From: Eledone cirrhosa
Taxonomy: Eukaryota
Length of the DNA stretch: 64,000 nucleotides
NCBI GenBank assembly: GCA_964016885.1
Contig: OZ024743.1
Coordinates: forward strand, 255,998,001 to 256,062,000
Reading direction: 5' to 3'
Positions within the stretch are counted from its first letter, which is position 1, and the number at the start of each line of letters is the position of its first letter. Of the stretch, positions 1 through 10,929 are shown one piece after another. A program made the position numbers and the translations under genes. The notes below the pieces were generated by a model. It was not told the origin of the DNA, made no database searches, and saw nothing but the letters and a program-made list of their open reading frames with translations.

Positions 1-50
1 CAGGCTGATATAGAGAGAAGACCCATTCACTCGGGCCATTCTCGCCACTT
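1..50 (-). mobile_element. Tx1-like element E0: tiny 5'-truncated piece of the ORF2 end, continuing beyond the window
   Basis: Encodes KVARMARVNG-SLYISL like the other copies; abuts AGATAGATA at 51-59. Confidence 0.85.
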
Positions 51-60
51 AGATAGATAA

Positions 61-3000
61 CTTTCTTTTTATTTGCCACCAGGGCATCAAAAGTGGGACA
101 AGTACAAAGGGGGGAGTTTACATGCAAAGGCGTCCTCAATATGGAGGAGGCAATAACAAGATATAAAAGTATAAAAATAAAATAAAATATGACAAAATAA
201 ATTTTATAACAAAATCCTCAATAGGGAGGAGGCGCCTTGGGGTGTCGCACACACCCCCGAAAAAAGTGTGCAACCCTTCTCCTCAGGAGCACAGAGAGGG
301 GGTGCTCCCTTGGTCTTTCATCTTCGTCACCTATAGTCTGATGTAGAGTGAAGGCCCATTCACACGGGCCATTCTCGCCACTTTCACCCATCTTTCATAA
401 AAACGGCTGGGGTGCCGCACATCTCTCTCCATCCTGATCCTTCTTCTGAAATGATATCGGAAGAAACGGACCAGTTGTTGGCCAGAGAGAAAGGTGTCTG
501 ACCTCAGTCCTTTCAGACGCGTCCACCATACAACCTCTTTCGCCATGGCTATTACGCACAGAAACACCGCCTCTCCTTCGTATTTGAAGGAGGGTGGCGG
601 TTTTATCGTTACAATAGACTCGGTGGTCAACCGGATCGGTCTCACCATTGACAGCAGTTGTTCGACATAGCCCCACAGATCGGCAATGCCCGAGCAGTGT
701 ACCAAAGCGTGTGCAACGGTTTCCTCGTCGCACACGCATCTGGGACAGATCTTTTTCGAGGGGTCCCTACCCGGGCGCCCGTGTCTGTAGAGCCTTTCTC
801 GAACGGGCAGAGCCCTTCTGTAGCATTGCCAGGCCAGGGACCTCTGGAAGTTATCCATGGGTCCCGGGCTGAATGTCCTACCGAACAGGATGCCCAGTTC
901 GTCTTCCTCCATGCCTAGGGCTTCTCCGAGGGCGTCGTCGCACCTGCTAACCACCAGCCCTCTATAGAATGACGAGGTGGATTCTCCACTGACAGCCGGG
1001 TCCGCCTGCCCAGAAAGCCGTGAGAGCCTGGGCACACTCGGTGTGCCAGGCGCCCAGTTTTCTCGGTCTTTGCTTGACCCAGGATTGCAGCTCGGTGAGT
1101 GAGACGAGTCTGGGAAAGGCTCGCCTTACAAACGGGGCCCACACCGGTTGACCGGAGAGGAATACCTGGAGGTGCCGTAGCCTTAATGCGTGTTTACGTA
1201 TCATTAGCCACGGCATCCCCAGCCCACCTTTTGAAGGGTGTTGACAGCAGATGGATCTGCTCACCATAGGAGCCCGCTTCTTCCAAAAGAATTGGAAGAG
1301 TGCGCGCTCCATTTTGGCGAGCGTTTCCCTTGGGCAAGGCACAACGGTCAGGCGGTAGTAGATGACGGACGCTATATAAGTGTTCGCCACCTCCGCCCGA
1401 CCTTTCAGGAAAAGTTTGAACTCGGACCAATTCTGGGTCAGTGCAAACACCCTGTTCGTTACCTCACCCCAGTTCTTCTCCACATGGAGGTCTGGTCCGA
1501 ACAGACCCCGAGCAACTTCACCGGGCCCTCCGTCCAGCGTCCGACGACGCCATCGGAGGGCATCGATCTTCCCCTCCACGTGCCGAGTTGCAGACCGATC
1601 GACTTGTCCCGGTTCAGCTTAGGCCCTGTAAACCTTTCGTACTCCTCTAGTAAGGTGCCGATCGCCCCGATTTCCGAGGCCGTAGACACCATTACTGTTA
1701 CGTCGTCGGCGTATGCCGACACCGCTTTCCGCAATCCCGGTTCCAACGGGATGCCCTGCAACAACTCCAACTTCCAATGCTGTGGCTCTAGAGCCATTAC
1801 ATACAGAAGGGGGGAGAGAGGGCACCCTTGTCGGATGGACCGCGCGATTTCGAACGGCTCCTCGAGGTAGCCGTTCACCTTGACCCTAGAGCAGATGCGG
1901 CTGCTGTGCATGGCATTGATCCAGCCTCTGAAAACGGGTCCGAAGCCTGCCGCCGCTAGCACCGCATCCAGGTAACCATGGTCGACCCTATCGAACGCCT
2001 TAGATTGATCCAAGTTGATCAGGGCCCCACCAAAGCCGGGTTCGTTCCCAACCCTCTCTATGATGTATCGCATGAGGTGGAGGTTGTCGTGGATGGACCT
2101 GGACGGGATATCACATGTCTGCGCATCTCCCACCAGGTTTCCCACGACAAGCGCCAACCTCTTTGCTAGCACCTTGGCCAAAATCTGTAACTCTTTATTT
2201 AGCAGAGTTATGGGCCTGAAATTATTTATATCGTCCCCCTTGTTCTCGTCCGCCTCACTAGCGTGACTACGCCCTTGGTCACAGCACAGTTGCAGTAGAC
2301 CGCCTCAAGGAGATCGGGGAACAAGTCCGGCATAGCTAGATACAGTTCGTATGGAAGACCATCGAGACCCGGGGATTTAAGTTTGCCGCATTGGCTCAAC
2401 ACGTCCTCTATCTCAGTGGCTGAAATCTGCTCCTCGCAGGACTTCGCCTCCCTGTCCGAGAGACGCGGCAGGCCGTCGAGGTATGGACCGAAGTCCACAT
2501 CCCCAACCGGCTACCCGCCCCTTCCGAACAATCCGGCAAAGTGCTTTTGAAAAGCCTCGCACATCTGCTTAGTTTCAAGGATCACCCGTCCATCCTGGTC
2601 TCGCAAAGACCGGATAGTGGATCTGCTCCCTCTTTTGGCTTCTGTCACGCGGGCCCAGCTAACAGCTTTGGTCCCCCCTCGTTTCCTAGAGCACATATTT
2701 TGCTTCAGACGATGCAGCCTTCGTGTTTCGCGTCGAAGAACTGGCTCAGGGCCGTTCTCGACGCTAGCACTCTGGCCACGTCGCCGCTTCTAATTGCCTC
2801 TTCTACACTATCTACCAGCTCCCTTTCCTTCCTATTTCTATTTGAGGCTAACTCCTTACTAAATTCTATAGAGACTACTCTAATCTCTCTTTTGAGAGAT
2901 CCCCCACCACCTGCTGTTGACGATGGCGCCCGTCAACCGCTCCTTAACTAAAGTGCTAATCTGGTCCCTGTAAGCCTTACTTGCCGGTAAGGACAAGTTG

Positions 3001-3351
3001 AGCTTCCAGTAACCGGGTCCCTGTCTATGCGTTCTGTCAAGGTTGACCATGCAGCTCACTAAATTGTGGTCTGAATAGCCAACCATGCTCATTCTTGGAC
3101 AACTTAAAAAGTGCTTAACCTTATTTCTAACTAAGAACCTATCTAGGTACAACCTGGATGATCCCCTGAGATTTGCCCAAGTCCAGGTTGGCGCAGTCGG
3201 AAAATCTATTCGATATATATCGGCCTGGTCAAATCGACCGATTAACCCTTTGAGGCTATTACACCCCTCTCTATCGGGACAGGCCCCTACGTAGTCCCAG
3301 CGTGCATCTAGGATACCATTCCAGTCCCCCACTAATAGCAAGGAGCGGGAC
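61..3351 (-). mobile_element. Tx1-like element E1, 5'-truncated within the APE endonuclease; frameshifted ORF2 331-3351
   Basis: GDWN and YSDH (APE), LDQSKAFDRVDH, RQGCPLSP, AYADD (RT), CPRC...ETVAHALVHC zinc finger; 3'UTR with AATAAA. Confidence 0.95.
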
Positions 3352-3384
3352 AGATAGATAGATAGGTAGATAGATAGATAGATT

Positions 3385-3430
<46 letters not shown>
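3352..3430. repeat. (GATA)n spacer between E1 and E2
   Basis: About 20 GATA units. Confidence 0.98.
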
Positions 3431-3432
<2 letters not shown>

Positions 3433-3731
3433 TGTTTCTTTATTAGCCACAGGGTCACAAAAGAAGGGGACAAATACAAAAGTGGAAGTTTACATACAAT
3501 AAAAACGTGTAAAATATTATCACAAATGCAATTAAAAAAATTAGTCGATTTTCCCCAATAGGGGGAGACATTTCATATGGTAAACACATACCCCCGAAAA
3601 AATGTGCAACCCTCATCTCCAGGAGTACGAAGAGTTTGTACTCCTTTCCTCTCCTCCTCCTTTTCCTCAACCTACAGGCTGATATAGAGATAAGGCACAT
3701 TCACTCGGGCCATTCTCGCCACTTTCACCCA
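3431..3731 (-). mobile_element. Tx1-like element E2, ~300-bp 3' end
   Basis: WVKVARMARVN-YISL* plus 3'UTR; GATA runs on both sides (3352-3430, 3732-3757). Confidence 0.9.
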
Positions 3732-3992
3732 TATAGATAGATAGATAGATAGATAGATTTCTTTATTAGCCACAAGGGTGCAACAAGAAAAGGGGACAAT
3801 ACAAAGACATGCCGGGGATTGTACATACAGACGTGTAAAAAATATAAAAACAAACAATTTCAACAATCGAAATCCCCAATAGGGGGGAGGCGCCACAAAT
3901 GAGTTGTTTAATACCCCGTCGATAGAACAACCCTCAACTCAAGGAGCGTGTTGTGCAAGTGCTCCCTTCCTCCTTTTGCTCTCTTCCTCAAC

Positions 3993-6900
3993 CTACAGGC
4001 TTATAAACAGAGAAGGCCCAATCACTCGGGCCATTTTCGCTTCATTCACCCACCTTTCAGTAAATTTACTGGGGTGCAGTGCCTCTCACTCCACCCTGAT
4101 TCTCCTTCTAAATTGATACTTAAAGAAGGGAATCAATTGTTGTCCGGAGAGAGAGGCATCTGTCCTCAGTCCTCTCAACCTCGTCCACCATATAACTTCT
4201 TTCACCATAGCCACCGTACAGAGGAAAACCGCCTTTCTTTCGTTTTTGAAAGAGTCTGGCGGTTTGATCCTTACTATGGACTCGGCAGTCAACTGTATTT
4301 GTCCCATACGCGACAGCAGTTGTTCTGCATAGTTCCACAGGTCGCTTACGCCCGGGCAGTGTACAATTGCGTGCAGAACTGTTTCAATGTCCTGCGCACA
4401 TCTTGGACACGTCCTCTTGGAAGGATCCCTGCCAGGGCGTCCGTGCCTGTAGATCTTGTCACGAACCGGTAGAGCTCCTCGGTAGCACTGCCAGGCCAGG
4501 GACCTCTGGAAGTTGTCCATGGGTCCCGGGCGGAAAGTCCTACCAACAGACTGGTAAGCTCATCGTCTTCGATGCCCAGAGTCTCTCCGAGCACGTCGTC
4601 GCCCTTGTAACGTACAATCCCTCTAAAGAATGTCGAAGTGGAGTCTCCACTGATTGCTGCGCCCGTTTGCCAGAGGGCTGTGAGCGCCTGAGCGCATTCA
4701 ATGTGCCAGGCGCCCATCGCTTTCGGTCTTTTCTTCACCCAGGACTGCAGCTCCGTTAGCGAGACGAGCTGTGGGAAAGCCTGTCTCACAAACGGTGCCC
4801 ACACCGGTTGGGGGTCGGTGAGGAATACTTGGAGATGCCGCAGCCTCAGCGCATGTTTGCGCATCATCAGCCACGGCATTCCCAGCCCTCCGTTGGAAGG
4901 GTGCTGATAGTAGACGGATCTCCTCACCAGCGGAGCCTGCTTCTTCCACAGAAACTGGAAGAGCATGCGTTCCATCTTGGCGAGGTGTTCACGGGGACAA
5001 GGCACGACAGTCAAGCGGTAGTAGATGACGGACGCTATGAAAGTGTTCGCCACCTCCGCTCGACCTTTCAAGGACAGTTTGCACTCTGCCCACTTCTGAG
5101 TGAGTGCAAACACCTTGGCCGTGACCTCGTTCCAGTTTTTCTCCACCTGGAGGTCTGGACCGAACCAGACCCCGAGCAATTTCACCGGTCCGTCCGTCCA
5201 GCGTCCAACGACGCTGTCGGATGTCATCGGTTTGCCTCTCCACGTACCAAGTTGCAAACCGACAGACTTGTCTGGGTTTAGTTTTGCTCCCGTCAGCGTT
5301 TCGTATTCTTTCAGTATGTTGCCGATCACCCCGATTTCCGAGGTGCTCGACACCATTACTGTCACGTCGTCGGCATAAGCCGACGCCGCTTTGCGCACTC
5401 CCGGTTCTAGTGAGATGCCCTGCAACAGCTCCATTTTCCGCAGTAGTGGCTCTCGAGTCAATACATACAGAATGGAGGAGAGAGGGCATCCCTATCGAAT
5501 GGAACGCGTGATTGCGAACGGCTCCGATAGGTAGCCGTTCACCTTGACCCTCGAGCAGATGCTGGTGTGCATCGCCTCGGTCCATCCTCTGAACACGGGA
5601 CCGAAACCGGCCGCCTTGAGAACCGCTTCCAAGTATCGATGGTCGACCCTATCGAATGCCTTAGACTGATCCAAGTTGATCAGAGCCCCACCGAAGCCGG
5701 GTTTACTACCCACCCTCTCTATGATGTATCGCAGGAGGTGGAGGTTGTCGTGTATGGACCTGGTCGGGATTGCACACGTTTGCGCTTTCCCTACCAAGTT
5801 CTCGACGACAAGCGCCAACCTCGTCGCTAGCACCTTGGCCAAAATCTTTAACTCTGTGTTGAGCAGAGTTATGGGCCTGAAGTTGTTAATTACGTCCCCC
5901 TTGTTCTCGTCTTTCCTGATCAACGTTACTACGCCCTTGCCTGCAGAACTGGGAATTCTCCCGTTCTGCTGCCAATTGCAGTAGACGGCTTCGAGGACGC
6001 CAAAGAACAAGTCCGGCATGCCTATGTAAAATTCGTAGGGTAGACCATCTAGACCGGGTGACTTGCGTTTCCCGCAGCGGCCCAGAGCGTCCCGTATCTC
6101 AGTGTCCGTGATCGGTCTTTCGCAGAACTCGGCGTCTGTGTTCGAGAGACGCAGCAGGCCGTCGAGGTATGAACTAAAGTCCATTGCCCCGTTCGGCTCA
6201 CCGTCGTTCTGCTCAAACAGTCGCGCAAAGTGCCGCTGAAAGGCCGCGCACATTTGCTTGGGGTCAAGTAGCACGCGTCCGTTTTGGTCTTTCAAAGACC
6301 GAATCGTGGACTTGTTGCCACTTTTTGCCTCCGCCACTCGGGCTCAGCTGACAGCTTTCGCTCCTTCGTTTCCTAGTGCACGTGTTTTGCTTCTGACCAC
6401 GCAGCCTTCGTGTTTCGCATCGAAGAACTGGCCCAGTGCCGTTCTCGACGCTAACACTCTAGCCGCGTTGCCACTTCTAAGTGCCTCCTCTACCTTGGCT
6501 ACTAGTTCTCTTTCTATTCTGTTTTTCTCTAAGGCTAACTCTCTGCTATACCCTATCGATTCTATTCTAATTGCTTTCTTGAGAGAGTACCACCATCTAT
6601 TGTTGACGATGGCTCCCGTTAACTGTTGCTTGACTAGTCTACTTATCCGTTCACTGTAAGCTTTACGTGCCGGCAACGACACGTTCAGCTTCCAGTATCC
6701 GGGACCCTGTCTATGTATTCTATCACGGTTGACTAAGCAGACGACTAACTTGTGATCTGAATAGGCAACCAGGTGCATTCGTGGACACCTTAACATATCC
6801 TTGTCCCTTTCTCTAATGAAGAACCTATCTAAATACGATCTAGATGTCCCACTGCGGTTTGCCCACGTCCACTGTGGTGCAGTCGGGAAATCCAGTCGAT

Positions 6901-7438
6901 ACCTATCGGCCAGTTGGAATTGGCCGATTAAAGTTTTGAGGCTGTTGCACCCCGCTCTACTGGGACATGCTCCCACATAGTCCCATCGTGCATCTAGGAT
7001 ACCATTCCAGTCCCCCACTAAAAGTAAGGAGCGAGACGTTCCCAGAAAAGACTCTAGACGCTTAAAGAAGTCTGGCCGTGATTGCGATTGCCCGGTCGGG
7101 GCATAAACGGCCACCAGTCTGAAGGCTCCACCTCCGATACTGTTCACGTCTAGGACTACCAGTCTACCCTCCGGGTCCAAGTGTACTTGCTGTACTCCGA
7201 CGTCCAGGTTCTTCCGAAACATAACAGCCACTCCACCTCCACCTCCTGGCTGACAGAGAGATGCGTAGATCTCAAAGTCGTCGAAGATGGGGGTTAGTTG
7301 CTGCCTGTTGTGGATTCTGGACTCGGTGATGGCTATCACATCCATACTGTGTGAACTAAGGTCGTTTAAAAGTTAGCCCTGTTTCCAGGACATCCCTAGG
7401 CCACGCACATTCACGGTTCCAACTCGTAAACCAGCCAT
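3993..7438 (-). pseudogene. E3 ORF2: APE endonuclease-reverse transcriptase-C-terminal zinc finger, disrupted
   Basis: ATG at 7438 (MAGLRVGTVNVRGL); collinear ORF pieces 6344-7345, 5492-6337, 4346-5461, 4086-4520. Confidence 0.93.
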
Positions 7439-7479
7439 GTTGGTGAAGAAAAGTTGGAGAAAAAGGACGAAAGGTGCAC

Positions 7480-9357
7480 TTACCTTTTCGTTTCCTGGAG
7501 ATCGGGTTGTTCAATCTCCATTTGGGTGCTGGATGGGGTGTTGGGTGGGTGGGGAAACCTTTCAACAGGACGCGGTTGATGGGTTTGCGGCAGGGGTTGC
7601 CCACGTCCTGTGAAAATTTAATTTTCAGGTCTTTATAGGTTTCCATAGAAACCCTTATAAGTTTAAGGTGTGGAGACGATTCTGCCTTGACGAAAGTTTT
7701 GCCCTCCGTCTCCACCTTGGGGTTTTGGGAGATGACCTCCATCAAATTCTTGTTGTTTGTGTTGATGTTTGCGTATTGTTGTTTGTGTTTTTGTTGTACT
7801 GTTTTAGTTTGTTGTTCATCCGGGAGTTTTCTTTTTATGGTGGGTGCTTGTGTTTGGGGTGGTGTTGGTGCTGGTTTTGCTGATAGGGGGATGTTTGACT
7901 GTGGTGTTGTTTGTGTTGTTGTTTGTGTCTGTGGTTGTGTGTTGGTGTTGGTGATTGGAGTTTTGGGGGTTTTGTGGTGTCTCTTTTTTTGTTTTTTGGA
8001 TTTCCGCGGTTCTCCCTCTTCTTCACTTAAAGAAGGAGAAGCAGCTTCATCCGTCGATGAATAATCATCGTCAGGTGTGTGGGGTAAGGGTATGTTGTGT
8101 GGTGGTGGTGGTGTTTCGGTATGTGTGTTTGTGGTAGTGTTTGATGGAGTGGGATGGAGTGGGGATGTGTTCTTCAGGGGTGTTGTCTCTGTTTTTTCTG
8201 TTGTTGTTGGTTGAGTGTCTGTTTGTTTTGGTGTGGTTGCTCGTTTCGTCTGTCGTTGTACTTGTGGTGGTGGTGGTGGTTGTTTTGGTGTTGGTGTTGG
8301 TAATAGCGTTTTTTTTATGATGTTGTTGTTGTGTGTTTGTGGACAAGAGGCTTTTAGGTGAGATGTGCTACCAAAGCGAAAGCAGTGAAATTTTCGTCCT
8401 TCTACCGAAATGTTTATTTTGTTGTTATTATCAATAACGACTCTTTCGGGTATTTTGGAGATTCTCTCCGGTTTCATTTGCAACAGAATCTCCAAATCGG
8501 TGCCCGCCCACCTTTGTCGAATGGATTTTCGTATCGAAAGTATTATGTCTGTTTCTGGCTCTACGAAGCCAGCCAAGATTCACCAGATGTTAATGCTTGG
8601 AGGTATGTTTTTTATTTTTATTTTTTGTGTCCTTTTCCCCATGTATGTAGGGAAAAAATGTATGCTTTTGACACTATTGGTGTCAAAGAGTTTTTTTGGG
8701 CGAGTGCCTCGCTTTTAAACAGTACGGAAACACTTCCGTACTGTTTTCCTCGCTGGAGAAAATCGACATTTCCTAGAATCTCCTTGAAAGAATCTTCTAT
8801 ATCTGCTTGATTAACAAATGTCGGTTTTCTTGACGAATTTGACATAGTCCTAAAAGTGACTGATCGGCGGTTTGTGTCTTCCTTTATTTCAAGGGGTGAG
8901 TTAATTCTAAACGCACCTCTTTCTTCGAAAGTTACAAATTTTCTCCCTTGCTGGAGCATATCTCTTGCGTTGGAGATATCAAGATTTATAAAATCTTGTT
9001 TCTTGTTGACTGTGTCAGCGAAAGACATTTTCTTTTTTTGTGTGATGTTGTTGTTGATAATGATGTTATCGTTGTTGGAAATGTTATGTGTAGATGTATC
9101 TGTAGAGTTGTTGATGTATTTTTCATGTGTATGTATGTCAATGGGTTTTTTTGCTGTGTTTTCCTGTGTGTTATTGTCATTTTTCTCCGCTTCGGCGGTA
9201 GAAGTTGTAAAATTTTCAAATGTTGATATATTTTTTCTTTTGTGACAGTTGTATCTATGGCAACGTCCATAGCAGCAGAAGCAGATATAACGTTAATATC
9301 TGCCTCTTTCTCTCTCTTTTCTCTATTAACGTTCTCCAACGTTCTAGCGTTGCTCAA
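7480..9357 (-). pseudogene. E3 ORF1, gag-like with degenerate CCHC knuckle; start uncertain
   Basis: Pieces 8986-9357, 8618-9028, 7356-8576 are homologous to E5/E6 ORF1; HCFRFGSTSHLKASCP. Confidence 0.85.
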
Positions 9358-9572
9358 GTTTTTTACTTTGTAAAATCTGATATTTTAAAACAATTTTTTT
9401 AAAATAAAATGTTCGCCCCTACAGGGGCGAAAAATGGGATTACCACCCAGCTGACAATTCAGCTTGGGGGTTAATCTACAAAGTGTTGTATTTTTCAAAC
9501 AATTAGATCGGTTTTTTGCATAGAAATTAACAAAAAACTTACCGGCGATATTCCACACGTCAGACAGAAAGA

Positions 9573-9573
9573 G

Positions 9574-9632
<59 letters not shown>
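9573..9632. repeat. (GATA)n spacer between E3 and E4
   Basis: About 15 GATA units. Confidence 0.98.
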
Positions 9633-9634
<2 letters not shown>

Positions 9635-10662
9635 TGTTTCTTTTATTTGCCACTAGGGCATCAAAAGTGGGACAAGTACAAAGGGGGGAGTTTACACAAA
9701 AAGGCGTCCTCAATAAGGAGGAGGCAATAACAAAATATAAAAATAAAATAAGATATAACAAAAAATAAAATTTTTAACAAAATCCTCAATAGAGAGGAGG
9801 CGCCTTGGGGGGTCGCACACACCCCCGAAAAAAGTGTGCAACCCTTCTCCTCCGGAGCACAGAGAAGGGGTGCTCCCTTGGTCTTTCATCTTCGTCACCT
9901 ATAGTCTGATGTAGAGTGAAGGCCCATTCACACGGGCCATTCTCGCCACTTTCACCCATCTTTCATAGAAACGGCTGGGGTGCAGCACCTCTCTCTCCAT
10001 CCTGATCCTTCTTCCGAAATGATATCGGAAGAAACGGACCAGTTGTTGGCCAGAGAGAAAGGTGCCTGACCTCAGTCCTTTCAGACGCGTCCACCATACA
10101 ACCTCTTTCGCCATGGATATTACGCACAGAAACACCGCCTCTGCTTCATCTTTGAAGGGGGGAGGCGGCTTGATCATTACAATAGACTCGGTGGTCAACC
10201 GGATCGGTCCCACCCTTGACAGCAGTTGTTCGACATAGCCCCACAGATCGGCTGCGCCCGAGCAGTGTACCAATGCGTGTGCAACGGTTTCCTCGTCGCA
10301 CACGCATCTGGGACAGATCTTTTTGGCGGGGTCCCTACCCGGGCGCCCGTGTCTGTAGAGCCTTTCTCGAACGGGTAAAGCCCCTCGGTAGCACTGCCAG
10401 GCCAGGGACTTCTGGAAGTTCTCCATAGGTCCCGGGCTGAATGTCCTACCGAACAGGCTGGCCAGTTCGTCCTCCTCCATGTCTAGGGCTTCTCCGAGGG
10501 CGTCGTCGCACCTGCTGCGTACCAGCCCTCTATAGAATGTTGCGGTGGAGTCTCCACTGATAACCGGATCCGCCTGCCAGAGGGCGGTGAGCGCCTGGGC
10601 ACACTCAGTGTGCCAGGCGCCCAGTTTTCTCGGTCTTTGCTTGACCCAGGATTGCAGCTCGG

Positions 10663-10663
<1 letters not shown>
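9633..10663 (-). mobile_element. Tx1-like element E4, 5'-truncated (~1 kb)
   Basis: ORF2 C-terminus 9899-10663 plus 3'UTR. Confidence 0.95.

Positions 10664-10715
<52 letters not shown>
10664..10715. repeat. (GATA)n spacer between E4 and E5
   Basis: About 13 GATA units. Confidence 0.98.
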
Positions 10716-10929
10716 TTCTTTATTTACCATAAAGGCATAAAAAGAAGGGACAAATACAAAGGGGGAGTTTACATACAATCGAGTAAAAAGGGTATAAAAT
10801 GAAAATAATCGAAAATAACCTCAAAAGGGAGGGGACGTGATGGGGGTTGCACACACCCCCGAAAAAGTGTGCAATCCTTTGCCCAGGGAGCACATGGAGA
10901 AGGTGCTCCCCTCTCCTTCACTTCTTTAC

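Larger units (their letters stand above)
3758..9572 (-). mobile_element. Tx1-like element E3, apparently full length (5'UTR-ORF1-ORF2-3'UTR), degenerate
   Basis: Both ORFs and UTRs present, bounded by GATA arrays. Confidence 0.95.
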
